This document shows positions 7,216 to 15,958 of a stretch of 43,674 bases of DNA, in pieces. Each line of letters begins with the position of its first letter. Position 1 is the stretch's first letter. This DNA comes from a virus. A program made the translations under genes and the position numbers. The stretch is from positions 1 to 43,674 of the IMG/VR virus record IMGVR_UViG_3300045988_068477. The stretch is one strand, 5' to 3'. Below the pieces are notes generated by a model. It had not been told where the DNA came from. It did not search any database and was given only the letters and a program-made list of their open reading frames with translations.

Positions 7216-7296
7216 AAAATATTTGCCGCCCTGCGGTTGCGGGAGACGGGGGCGGAACCAGAACAGAAGGATTTTGACGTAAGAGAGGTGGTGGAC

Positions 7297-7680
7297 GTGG
7301 CTGCACGGCTGACAGATAGGCAGAAAAAGAAAATAGTGGCTGACTATGTGCAGCTTGGTAGCTATAACGCCACAGCAAAAGTAAACGGTGTATCACTCAA
7401 CACTGTAAAGAAGATTGTGCAAGGAAATGCAGACATTGCAGAAATGTGCAAGCGAAAAAAAGAGGAGAACACCGCTGACATCCTGGCTTATATGGACAGC
7501 AAGAAGGGCGTTGTGTGCGAAATCATCGGAAATGGACTGACCGTGCTGAACGATCCGGAGAAGCTGGCGGAGGCCACCCCAGCGCAGATCACAACGGCGC
7601 TGGGCACACTGATTGACAAGTGGGCATTGCTTAAGAACAGCGGAGAGGATAGCGAGGTACAGGTGATAATTGATGTCTAA
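7297..7680 (+). CDS. terS: terminase small subunit
   Basis: GTG 7297 follows GAGGTGG. It has an N-terminal HTH (LTDRQKKKIVADYVQLGSYNATAKVNGVSLNTVKKIV) and lies directly upstream of terL. Confidence 0.75.
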   Translation: MAARLTDRQKKKIVADYVQLGSYNATAKVNGVSLNTVKKIVQGNADIAEMCKRKKEENTADILAYMDSKKGVVCEIIGNGLTVLNDPEKLAEATPAQITTALGTLIDKWALLKNSGEDSEVQVIIDV

Positions 7681-8911
7681 GGTTAGATTATCCACAGTAT
7701 TAGGTCCGTCTTTCCATCTTATGGCCAGTGATGTGTTCCAGCATGGGCATACACATTACGACTTGTCGGGTGGGCGCGGCTCTCTGAAATCCTCCTGTGT
7801 GTCTCTGCTGGTTCCTCTTATTCTGCTGACAAATCCAAACACTCATGCTCTTGTGCTCCGCAAGGTAGCAAACACCATCAGGGACAGCGTATATGCTCAA
7901 TATCTTTGGGCTATTGGCGAATTGGGAATGGCGGCATACTGGGACGCAAAGGTCCAGCCCATGGAGTTAATTTACAGGAAGACTGGTCAAAAGATCATGT
8001 TCCGTGGCGCGGATGACCCGATGAAAATAAAGTCTATTAAGGTGCCGTTTGGATATATTGCCGTAACGCATTTTGAAGAAAAAGATCAATTTGCGGGTCG
8101 AGCTGAAATACGCACTATTCTGCAGTCTACTATGCGCGGAGGGGAAAAGTTTTGGAATTTTGAAAGCTACAACCCACCCATCAGCCGGGACAACTGGGCC
8201 AATAAGGACAGTTTGGAAGAGCGAGCGGACAGGCTGTGCCACAAGAGTACATACCTTGAAGCCCCGCCTGAGTGGTTGGGGGCGCAGTTTTTGGCAGAAG
8301 CCGAACACCTAAAGGAAACGAATGAGCGGGCATACCGGCACGAATATCTGGGCGAGGCGGTCGGGACAGGCGGGAATGTGTTTGAAAACCTGGAGTTGCG
8401 GGAGATTACAGATGAAGAAATATCTCATTTCGACCGCATCTATCAGGGCGTGGATTTCGGATGGTTCCCTGATCAGCTTGCATTTGTCAGGGCACACTAC
8501 GACCGTAGCAAGGAAACCATTTATCTTTTTGACGAGCTGTATGTAAATAAATGGCCAAATGAGAGTTTGGCGAACTGGGTAAAAGAGAAGAAATACTTGG
8601 ACGCTTATATCACATGTGACAATGCGGAGCCGAAAAGTGTTGCGGATTTGCGGGCCTTTGGCCTTCCAGCAAAATCAGCAATCAAAGGACCCGGCAGCGT
8701 AGATTATGGCTTTAAGTGGCTCCAGAAAAGGAAAATTGTCATTGATCGTCGAAGAACGCCAAACGCTTACAATGAGTTTGTGAACTATGAGTATGAGAGG
8801 GACAAGAACGGCGAATTTATCAGCGGATATCCTGACAAAGATGACCATATTTTATCCGCAACAAGGTACGCATTTGAACGTGCGTTTATGAGAATGGGGG
8901 TGACTGCGTGA
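7673..8911 (+). CDS. terL: terminase large subunit (PBSX/Terminase_3-like)
   Basis: 412 aa. Contains a Walker-A-like SGGRGSLKS, FRGADDP, and a C-terminal nuclease region. The start overlaps the terS stop. Confidence 0.9.
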   Translation: MSKVRLSTVLGPSFHLMASDVFQHGHTHYDLSGGRGSLKSSCVSLLVPLILLTNPNTHALVLRKVANTIRDSVYAQYLWAIGELGMAAYWDAKVQPMELIYRKTGQKIMFRGADDPMKIKSIKVPFGYIAVTHFEEKDQFAGRAEIRTILQSTMRGGEKFWNFESYNPPISRDNWANKDSLEERADRLCHKSTYLEAPPEWLGAQFLAEAEHLKETNERAYRHEYLGEAVGTGGNVFENLELREITDEEISHFDRIYQGVDFGWFPDQLAFVRAHYDRSKETIYLFDELYVNKWPNESLANWVKEKKYLDAYITCDNAEPKSVADLRAFGLPAKSAIKGPGSVDYGFKWLQKRKIVIDRRRTPNAYNEFVNYEYERDKNGEFISGYPDKDDHILSATRYAFERAFMRMGVTA

Positions 8912-10326
8912 ACGTCGTCGAAAAACTGCGAGAGCTTGGCTACTCCACAATTTCAGAGGATTTCTACCGCAAGATTAATGAGTGGAAAAGCTGGTATACA
9001 GGTGATGTGAAGGGGTTCCACCGGTATAAGGTCCGAAACGGTACGAGCATGGTCCGATGCAAGCGGTACACCCTCAACATGGGCAAGAAAATCTCAGAGG
9101 ATTGGGCCAATCTTCTGATGAACGAAAAGGTCGAGATCACTCTTGAAGGCCAGCGGGAACAGGAATTTATTGACCGTGTGTTGAACGAAAACAATTTTCT
9201 GGTCAAGGCAAATGAGATGCAGGAAAAGGCGTTTGCGCTCGGGACGGTGGCCTTTATCCCGCGAGTAGTGGGAATGGAAGTGACAGAGACCGGGCCCATT
9301 CCTGGAAGCGCAAAAGGTATTGTAATGGATTATGTGACTGTGGAGCATATCTGGCCGCTGGCATGGCAGAACGGAATTATTACCGATTGCGCCTTTGATA
9401 GCATCGTGACCGTAAACGGGGCGCAATACTGTTATTTGCAAATCCACCACAAGGTCAACGGACTGTACGACATCGAGAACCGCATTTATCATTACCGCAA
9501 CAATAATATAGACGCGGAACTGGATTTGGTGGACGTTCCAGGGTTTGACCGAGTGCCGCCCGTGGTACATACTGGCTCCGACCGGCGGCAGTTTGTGATT
9601 GACCGGCCCAATATTGCAAACAATTTTGACGATTCTCCATTGGGGGTTTCTGTCTATGCAAACTCCATAGACATTATCAAGGGTGTAGACGTGGCCTATG
9701 ACAGCTACGTCAACGAATTTATCCTAGGGAAAAAGCGCATCATGGTCAAACCAGCAGCAACAAAAGATTTAGAAGGAGAGCCGTTTTTTGACCCGGACGA
9801 CCTGTCCTATTACGTCCTACCAGAGGATATAGGCGATGGCTCTGTTATTACTCCAATAGACATGACGCTGCGAACGCAGGAGCATAATACGGGCATTCAG
9901 GATCAGCTAAACCTTCTGTCTAGTAAGTGTGGATTCGGAGAAAATCATTATAGGTTTGACCAGGGGAGTATTGCAACGGCCACACAGGTCATCAGCGAAA
10001 ATTCGACCATGTTCCGGACTATCAAAAAGCATGAAATCATTCTGGAACAGGCCATTTCGGAGTTATGCCGCATCATCCTTCGCCTCGGGAATATGGCTAT
10101 GAAAGCCGAACTGAACGAAGAAGCGAGAGTGACTATTGACTTTGATGATTCCATCATTGAGGACAAGACCACGGAGCGCAGTAATGACCGGCAAGACTTG
10201 GCGGCGGGGATCATGAACGACTGGGAATATCGAATGAAATGGTACAACGAGGACGAGGCTACGGCAAAGAAGATGCTCCCGAAAATGGATGATATGGCAA
10301 CCGAAGAACAGGAGGAGATTGAATAA
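8908..10326 (+). CDS. portal protein (SPP1 gp6-like)
   Basis: 472 aa. GTG 8908 overlaps the terL stop (GTGA). Position and size are typical of a portal, and the C-terminus is acidic. Confidence 0.85.
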   Translation: MNVVEKLRELGYSTISEDFYRKINEWKSWYTGDVKGFHRYKVRNGTSMVRCKRYTLNMGKKISEDWANLLMNEKVEITLEGQREQEFIDRVLNENNFLVKANEMQEKAFALGTVAFIPRVVGMEVTETGPIPGSAKGIVMDYVTVEHIWPLAWQNGIITDCAFDSIVTVNGAQYCYLQIHHKVNGLYDIENRIYHYRNNNIDAELDLVDVPGFDRVPPVVHTGSDRRQFVIDRPNIANNFDDSPLGVSVYANSIDIIKGVDVAYDSYVNEFILGKKRIMVKPAATKDLEGEPFFDPDDLSYYVLPEDIGDGSVITPIDMTLRTQEHNTGIQDQLNLLSSKCGFGENHYRFDQGSIATATQVISENSTMFRTIKKHEIILEQAISELCRIILRLGNMAMKAELNEEARVTIDFDDSIIEDKTTERSNDRQDLAAGIMNDWEYRMKWYNEDEATAKKMLPKMDDMATEEQEEIE

Positions 10327-10376
10327 GGGGCGGTAGAGGTGGAGCGGGCGGAACTTCTGGTGGGACGACAAGCAAA

Positions 10377-10745
10377 TTGCCGGCGTTGAGCGGTAGCGAG
10401 AAGCAGGTTTCGTGGGCTGAAAGCATTCGAGCGTCTGTGTTTGACAATCTTACTGCGATGCAAAAGACCATCGAGAAAAGAAAAGGGGAAATTAAATATA
10501 TTTCCGAAGATAAGGCAAAGCAGAAAGAAGCAGAGGATTTGCTTGGATATTCCAGCAAAAATGTGAGGACTGCAAGAGAATACTATTCAACATTCTTCCA
10601 AAGGGTTACATCTGCAAGCGAGATCATAGATAAAAGGGCCGAGTTTTCCGCCAATCAAGTAGATAGAGCGGTTCGTGCGGAAAAATCAAGAGGGGCGCTA
10701 TCAAGAGTATTGGAAATGGTGAAAAAGCAAAGGGCAAAACGATAA
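10377..10745 (+). CDS. hypothetical protein (122 aa)
   Basis: TTG start. Contains the motif GSEKQVSWAESIR. The protein is lysine-rich and looks helical. Confidence 0.5.
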   Translation: MPALSGSEKQVSWAESIRASVFDNLTAMQKTIEKRKGEIKYISEDKAKQKEAEDLLGYSSKNVRTAREYYSTFFQRVTSASEIIDKRAEFSANQVDRAVRAEKSRGALSRVLEMVKKQRAKR

Positions 10746-11392
10746 TGCCGAAATTTGAAAACCTTGACCGTTTTTGCTTTTCTGGAATTGGGAAATACGA
10801 CATTCCGCAAATGGAGCCTGTTACTAATTACCCAATCGGCGAGTTTATCCCAATGAATTACGCAAACACGGCAAAGAATCCAGCAGACAAGATCGTGCAT
10901 TATTTTGTGGATGACTACCAATTCGCCCGCTATTGGAATCGCCCAGATGACTACATAAAGAAGTTATCTCAATTTGCGGCTGTGTGCTCTCCGGATTTCT
11001 CGCTGTACACAGATATGCCGGTGGCTATGCAGATATATAACCACTACCGCAAGCACTGGCTGGCGGCTTATTGGCAGCTCCATGGTCTTACTGTTTATCC
11101 GACCATTGCATGGAGTACACCAGATAGTTACGAATGGTGCTTTGATGGAGAGCCAGTGGGTGGCATTGTGGCCGTTTCCAGTGTAGGAACACAGCAGAAT
11201 AAGGAAAGCAGGCAGCTGTTTCTGCTGGGCTATAAAGAAATGATGAAGCGCCTTAATCCGTCTTGGGTGATTTTCTATGGCAAAGTTCCGGAAGAATGTG
11301 ACTGGAATGTGATACGGGTTGCGCCGCATTATAACGAAATTGTGAAACGGAGGAAAGCGCATGAAGTACCCCTTCACCCCGGAACTTCTTGA
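10745..11392 (+). CDS. DUF4417-like protein
   Basis: HYFVDDYQFARYWNRP...CSPDFSLYTDMPVAMQIYNHYRKHW resembles the DUF4417 signature. The ATG overlaps the upstream TAA. Confidence 0.65.
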   Translation: MPKFENLDRFCFSGIGKYDIPQMEPVTNYPIGEFIPMNYANTAKNPADKIVHYFVDDYQFARYWNRPDDYIKKLSQFAAVCSPDFSLYTDMPVAMQIYNHYRKHWLAAYWQLHGLTVYPTIAWSTPDSYEWCFDGEPVGGIVAVSSVGTQQNKESRQLFLLGYKEMMKRLNPSWVIFYGKVPEECDWNVIRVAPHYNEIVKRRKAHEVPLHPGTS

Positions 11393-12527
11393 CGCCCTCC
11401 CCGAGGAGCTAACAGAACTATACCGCTCTCTGGAACTGAAACTGCTGGACGAGATATGCTCCCGGCTGAAAATTTCCGGGGATCTGAACGAGGTTACGGT
11501 GCAGGATATCCGGGTGCTGCGCTCCCACGGCATCAGCCTAGAGGAAATCGAAAATGCCATCCAGCGCACCGCCAACATCTCTCGGAAAGAGCTGGACAAG
11601 CTGCTGGACGAGGTGGTGGAGCGGAACCAGCGGTATTATACCGACCTCATTGACCTTGCTGGCGTAACAGCCCCTGAGGCACTGGTGAGCGTGGAGGACA
11701 CCTGGGCCATCTACGAGCAGACCCGGCAAGAACTTCGAAACCTAACCCGCTCTATGGGCTTTCTGGTGGACAACGGGCGCACCATGCTACCCTATGCAAA
11801 GACCTATCAGTGGGCGCTGGACAGTGCGGAGATGCAGATTATGAGCGGCGGCATCTCCTATAATCAGGCCATCAAGAGCTCCGTGAAACAGTTAGCGGAC
11901 AGCGGCCTGCGCATGGTGGACTATGAGAGCGGACACCGGGATCAGATTGACGTGGCTGCCCGCCGGGCGGTGATGACGGGTGTATCTCAGCTTTGTGCCA
12001 AGTACACGGAGCAGAGTGCTGAGTATCTTGAAACACCTTATTTTGAAGTGTCCGCCCACATTGGGGCACGGGATAAGGGTGTCGGCTGGCAGAATCACAA
12101 GGCATGGCAAGGCCGCGTGTACTCTGTCAGAGCCGGGGATAAGTATCCGAACATCTACGAAGTGTGCGGACTGGGCTATGTGGATGGGTTAGAAGGTGCC
12201 AACTGCCGCCATATCAGGACGGCCTTTTTGGACGGCGTGATGGAACGCACTTATACCGACGAGGATCTGGAGCACATCGACGACGGCCATGACGTGGACT
12301 TTGAGGGCAAGCATTATACAGCCTATGAGGCCACCCAGCAGCAGCGGAAGATAGAGCGCACCGTCCGCAAGCTGAAACGTGAACAGACCGCATACAAGGC
12401 CGCCGGGCTGACAGAGAAAGAACAAGCCGTAACGGCCCGTATTCGCCGGTTAAATGCGGAATACAAGGCATTCAGTGAAGCGGCAGGGATACCGATGCAA
12501 AGAGAGAGAATGAGGGTGGAGTATTGA
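11361..12527 (+). CDS. minor capsid/head-morphogenesis protein (SPP1 gp7/MuF-like)
   Basis: 388 aa located after the portal. Contains an ANCRH motif and a basic coiled C-terminus. Confidence 0.75.
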   Translation: MKYPFTPELLDALPEELTELYRSLELKLLDEICSRLKISGDLNEVTVQDIRVLRSHGISLEEIENAIQRTANISRKELDKLLDEVVERNQRYYTDLIDLAGVTAPEALVSVEDTWAIYEQTRQELRNLTRSMGFLVDNGRTMLPYAKTYQWALDSAEMQIMSGGISYNQAIKSSVKQLADSGLRMVDYESGHRDQIDVAARRAVMTGVSQLCAKYTEQSAEYLETPYFEVSAHIGARDKGVGWQNHKAWQGRVYSVRAGDKYPNIYEVCGLGYVDGLEGANCRHIRTAFLDGVMERTYTDEDLEHIDDGHDVDFEGKHYTAYEATQQQRKIERTVRKLKREQTAYKAAGLTEKEQAVTARIRRLNAEYKAFSEAAGIPMQRERMRVEY

Positions 12528-12670
12528 TGGACGAAAAAGCCTGGGCCATCATTAAGGCCATCATTGCAAAGGGGAATGACGCCGTAATCCGAAAAAAAGG
12601 AGATGGGTATATCGTTCTGGAGGACAAGCGGGAAATCAAGTTTCAGGCAAAAGAAACCCGCCCCGGTTAG
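12527..12670 (+). CDS. small hypothetical protein (47 aa)
   Basis: The ATG overlaps the upstream TGA (TGATG). Translation is MDEKAWAIIKAIIAKGNDAVIRKKGDGYIVLEDKREIKFQAKETRPG. It falls below the ORF-track size cutoff. Confidence 0.45.
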   Translation: MDEKAWAIIKAIIAKGNDAVIRKKGDGYIVLEDKREIKFQAKETRPG

Positions 12671-12677
12671 GGGCGGG
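12646..12677 (-). terminator. intrinsic terminator for minus gene 12683..12967
   Basis: Stem CCCGCCCC (12657-12664) pairs with GGGGCGGG (12670-12677). On the minus strand it is followed by TTTCTTTTG. Confidence 0.7.
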
Positions 12678-12682
12678 GGGAA

Positions 12683-12967
12683 TCAAAGCAAACCAAACTT
12701 TTTCAAAATTGTTTCAACTTCTGCCGGGCCTAGAACTTCATCTTTCCATTTGGAAAGGCTCTCAAAGTTGTGCGGAGCGCCGCCGATCCAACTGAATTTG
12801 CACAATTCAGAGGTTTGCTTTTTGTGGTCTATAGAGATGTGGAATGCGGTTCCAAAGCGCATCCCGTGAGAATCAAGGCGCTCTGGCTCAAGCATGCCCG
12901 TGTAATACTGATACCCGTTTCCATCAATCTCACTTACAGTGAAATCATATACTCCGCTGATGTTCAT
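12683..12967 (-). CDS. hypothetical protein (94 aa), moron
   Basis: Opposite strand to the surrounding late genes, in a visibly AT-richer segment. I recognise no family. Confidence 0.6.
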   Translation of the reverse strand: MNISGVYDFTVSEIDGNGYQYYTGMLEPERLDSHGMRFGTAFHISIDHKKQTSELCKFSWIGGAPHNFESLSKWKDEVLGPAEVETILKKFGLL

Positions 12968-13014
12968 TTTCTTTCCCTTTCTGCCCTCGTAACCTCCGGG
13001 GCGGGATTGGACAA

Positions 13015-13236
13015 TTAAAGGCGAATCCCGTAACCGTCTGGGCCATAAATACGCTGTGTGATGGGGTCAGTGCAGATGGATTTAATATAGTGTTTTGCGG
13101 AATCCATGCTATCAAATTCCCCCAACATGTCCCAGTTATAATCTGTGTTCCTTTGTCCTCTCACAAAGTACCCTTTAACTACCTTGTGATTTTTTATGCT
13201 GGATGTATCAATTCTAAACGCTACGTATTTTTTCAT
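13015..13236 (-). CDS. hypothetical protein (73 aa), moron
   Basis: ATG 13236 is preceded by GGGAGGGAAA (complement of 13241-13250). I recognise no family. Confidence 0.6.
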   Translation of the reverse strand: MKKYVAFRIDTSSIKNHKVVKGYFVRGQRNTDYNWDMLGEFDSMDSAKHYIKSICTDPITQRIYGPDGYGIRL

Positions 13237-13286
13237 TTTCTTTCCCTCCCGGCCTGTGGCCTGTCTTGTTTGTTCCTTGTGAGTAT

Positions 13287-13315
13287 ATGATACTATAAGT
13301 CTACTTATATTTCAA
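13287..13315 (-). promoter_or_regulatory. promoter TTGAAA-17-TATCAT for the moron genes
   Basis: Minus-strand reading is TTGAAAtataagtagacttatagTATCAT. The 17-nt spacer consists of palindrome O1. Confidence 0.65.
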
Positions 13316-13375
13316 GCGTTAAATTAGACAAATATAAGTTGACTGACTTGTTTATTGTGTATAAGTTGACTTATA
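13294..13375. repeat. three copies of the operator-like palindrome TATAAGT-NN-ACTTATA
   Basis: O1 at 13294-13309 is perfect. O2 at 13333-13348 has a left half-site and a degenerate right half. O3 at 13360-13375 is perfect. Confidence 0.7.
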
Positions 13376-13394
13376 AAAGAAAACGTGATACCAT
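13366..13394 (+). promoter_or_regulatory. candidate promoter TTGACT-17-TACCAT for the RHH gene
   Basis: The -35 TTGACT lies inside O3. The -10 lies 23 nt upstream of ATG 13417. Confidence 0.4.
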
Positions 13395-13416
13395 ATCCAC
13401 AAGGGAGGTATCACAA

Positions 13417-13593
13417 ATGGGAAGCGAAGCACAGACGAAAGCAAGCGTGAAGTACAACAAGAAAAAGGACAGCATAACGATTCGGCCAGATAAAGAGACT
13501 GGCGCAAAGATACGAAGTGCGGCAGAACAGCGCGGAATTAGCGTGACGGAACTGATAATGACGGCGCTGAAACCGTATATTGAAGAAAAATAA
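13417..13593 (+). CDS. ribbon-helix-helix (Arc/CopG-like) DNA-binding protein
   Basis: AAGGGAGG SD. KYNKKKDSITIRPDKETGAKIRSAAEQRGISVTELIMTAL fits the RHH beta-alpha-alpha pattern. Confidence 0.65.
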   Translation: MGSEAQTKASVKYNKKKDSITIRPDKETGAKIRSAAEQRGISVTELIMTALKPYIEEK

Positions 13594-13634
13594 ACACTGA
13601 ACCCCGCTCTAATTGGTGAGCGGGAAGGACCATT

Positions 13635-13677
13635 GGGGTCAACTTGTAAGGATTTCTTACGGGTTGACTCCTTTTTC
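13635..13677 (+). terminator. intrinsic terminator
   Basis: GGGGTCAAC (13635-13643) pairs with GTTGACTCC (13663-13671), followed by TTTTT. Confidence 0.75.
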
Positions 13678-13737
13678 ATTTGCCGAGAGGCGTAAAACCG
13701 CAGGGCGACGGCCCTGATAATAAACGGAGGTAATACC

Positions 13738-14244
13738 ATGAACGAACCTATCAATAACCCTACCCCTACCCCGGCCCCTGCGCCGGAGCCCACGCCTGAA
13801 AAGACCTTCACTCAGGCGGAAGTGGATGCCATGATTGGCAAACGGCTTGCAAAGGCCATGAAGGGCATGCCCAGTGAGGACGAGCTGACAGCATTCCACA
13901 CTTGGAAAGATGGACAGGCCGGTGAAAAAGAGCGCTGGGACAAGCTGTCCGGAGAGCGTGACACGCTGGCCGGTAAGCTGACAGCCGCAGAGGCGGAGCG
14001 GGACCAGCTCAAGCGGGACCTGTATCTAGCTAAGAAGGGACTGACCGGCGAGGAGGCCGAGTTTATCGCCTTCAAGGCCGGGAAGATGGTGGACGATAAA
14101 ACCACCTTTGAGCAGGCCGTGGACGCTTTGACGGCTGACCGGAAGAAGACAACCTTTGACTGGACTGCGCCCCTGGGCGGAGATGACAAAAAGCATGTAG
14201 AAAACGACGCAATGAACGCCCTGATTCGCGGCGCATTCAAGTAA
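13738..14244 (+). CDS. capsid scaffolding protein (DUF4355-like)
   Basis: FTQAEVDAMIGKRLAKA and coiled-coil stretches. It lies directly upstream of the major capsid gene. Confidence 0.75.
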   Translation: MNEPINNPTPTPAPAPEPTPEKTFTQAEVDAMIGKRLAKAMKGMPSEDELTAFHTWKDGQAGEKERWDKLSGERDTLAGKLTAAEAERDQLKRDLYLAKKGLTGEEAEFIAFKAGKMVDDKTTFEQAVDALTADRKKTTFDWTAPLGGDDKKHVENDAMNALIRGAFK

Positions 14245-14259
14245 GAAAGGAGAGCATTT

Positions 14260-15222
14260 ATGCCTGCTATTGACAGAACCAATCTTTCCGGGCTGATCCC
14301 GGAGCCTGTAACCCGTGAGATCATTCAGGGGGCTGTGGCTGAGTCCGCTGTACTGCGGATGGCCCGCCGGCTGCCCAACATGACCTCCAAGACCCAGACC
14401 CTGAACGTGCTGGACGCCCTGCCCACCGCCTACTTCGTGAACGGTGAGGCTACCACGACCGGTGCGGAGCAAGCTGCCTTCAAGCAGACCACCAGCATGG
14501 CGTGGGACAAAAAGAAGATCTACGCAGAGGAAATTGCCGTAATCGTACCGATTGCAGAGGCGGCCCTGGACGATGCTGATTACGACATTTGGGGTGAAGT
14601 CCGTCCCCGCCTGACCGAGGCGTTTGGAAAGGTCATCGACGCCGCCATCCTGTACGGTACGAACAAGCCCACCTCTTGGCGCGATGGGTTGCTGGCCTCC
14701 GCCACCACCGCCACCGCTACCGTCAAGGCCACCGATGACATTTACACCGACATCATGGGCGAGGGCGGAGTGATCGCCAAAGTGGAGGAGAGCGGCTACA
14801 TTCCCAACGGCGTCATGGCGGCTATCCAGCTGCGGGCCAAGCTGCGCGGCCTGAAGGATACCACTGGTCAGCCTATCTTCAAGACCGATATGCAGGGGTC
14901 GACCCGCTACGCCCTGGACGGCATGGACATGTATTTCCCCATCAACGGCGCATTCGACCCCGCCAAGTCCCTGGCCATCGTGGGCGACTGGAACCAGCTG
15001 GTGTATTCCGTTCGGCAGGACATGACCTTCAAGATTTTTGACAGCGGCATTGTACAGGACCCCGCAACCAAGGCTATTCTTTACAACCTGATGCAGAACG
15101 ACATGGTTGCCCTGCGAGCTGTGATGCGGCTGGGCTGGGAAATCCCCAACCCCATCAACGCCTATAACGCCGGCAACGAGAACGCCTTCCCCTTTGCTGT
15201 CTACGCCCCGGCGGGGGAATGA
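14260..15222 (+). CDS. major capsid protein (HK97-fold family)
   Basis: 320 aa located after the scaffold gene. The N-terminus (LIPEPVTREIIQGAVAESAVLRMARRLPNMTS) is typical of this family. Confidence 0.85.
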   Translation: MPAIDRTNLSGLIPEPVTREIIQGAVAESAVLRMARRLPNMTSKTQTLNVLDALPTAYFVNGEATTTGAEQAAFKQTTSMAWDKKKIYAEEIAVIVPIAEAALDDADYDIWGEVRPRLTEAFGKVIDAAILYGTNKPTSWRDGLLASATTATATVKATDDIYTDIMGEGGVIAKVEESGYIPNGVMAAIQLRAKLRGLKDTTGQPIFKTDMQGSTRYALDGMDMYFPINGAFDPAKSLAIVGDWNQLVYSVRQDMTFKIFDSGIVQDPATKAILYNLMQNDMVALRAVMRLGWEIPNPINAYNAGNENAFPFAVYAPAGE

Positions 15223-15497
15223 GCGCGCGCCTCTCGGGGCTGACGATTGGCGCGCTGACCCTGACCCCGTCGTTTGACCCTGACACGACGGAGTACACAG
15301 CCACAACGACCAACGCTACCAACACTATCACCGCCACGCCGGAGGATGAGGGAGCCTCCGTCACCATCCTAAACGGAGATACCCAAGTGGAGAATGGCAC
15401 AGCCGCCGCATGGGCCGATGGTGAGAACACAGTGGCCATCACGGTGCAGAACGGGTCTGTCCAGAAGGTCTATACCGCAACCGTGACGAAATCGTAG
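15219..15497 (+). CDS. cadherin-like/Ig-like beta-sandwich domain protein (possible decoration protein)
   Basis: ATGA overlap with the capsid gene stop. LSGLTIGALTLTPSFDPDTTEYTATTTNATNTITATP... fits the cadherin-like beta-sandwich pattern. Confidence 0.6.
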   Translation: MSARLSGLTIGALTLTPSFDPDTTEYTATTTNATNTITATPEDEGASVTILNGDTQVENGTAAAWADGENTVAITVQNGSVQKVYTATVTKS

Positions 15498-15508
15498 GAG
15501 GGCAACAC

Positions 15509-15958
15509 ATGGCTTACGCAGACTATCAGTATTACACAACTGAATATCTGGGAACAGCCATCAAAGAGGCTGACTTCCCGCGCCTGTCTCTGCGTGCAAG
15601 TTCCTTTTTGGACTACTACACGCAGGGTCGGGCGGCCCAAAACGCAAAGTTGGACGCGCTGAAAATGTGCTGCTGTGCTATCGCGGAACAGTATCAGTAT
15701 ATTGATATCGCCAAGGCCCTGGCGCAGAAGTCCCTTACCTCATCTTTGGAAAGCAATGGAGAACTACAAAGTCAGACAGTTGGAAGCTGGTCCAAGACCT
15801 ACCGGAGCGGCGGGGACAGCGCCCAGCAAGCCCTATCCTCTATACAGACAGCGCAAGCGGCCCTTGCAGCAATCGCCCAGCAGTATTTAGCTGGCACGGG
15901 CCTTTTGTACCGGGGGAGGGGGTGTCCGTGTGTTCCCTCATGTTGTGACGATCTATAA
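15509..15958 (+). CDS. head-tail connector (gp6-like) protein
   Basis: Position after the capsid gene. The N-terminus YADYQYYTTEYLG resembles gp6-like connector proteins. Confidence 0.6.
   Translation: MAYADYQYYTTEYLGTAIKEADFPRLSLRASSFLDYYTQGRAAQNAKLDALKMCCCAIAEQYQYIDIAKALAQKSLTSSLESNGELQSQTVGSWSKTYRSGGDSAQQALSSIQTAQAALAAIAQQYLAGTGLLYRGRGCPCVPSCCDDL

Noticed and set aside
7760-7790. Non-canonical Walker A in TerL (GGRGSLKS, with Leu where Gly is usual before Lys).
   Set aside because: The deviation is at a single residue, and the family tolerates variation at this position. It cannot be evaluated without an alignment, so it is not reported as a finding.
14026-15306. 426-aa minus-strand ORF opposite the major capsid gene. 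Similar long antisense ORFs lie at 27876..29528 (550 aa), 42660..43469, 41958..42584 and 2538..3260.
   Set aside because: These are shadow ORFs in GC-rich coding DNA. Their translations are G/R/P/L/H-rich and repetitive, they lack an SD, and they fully overlap plus-strand genes with clear family signatures.
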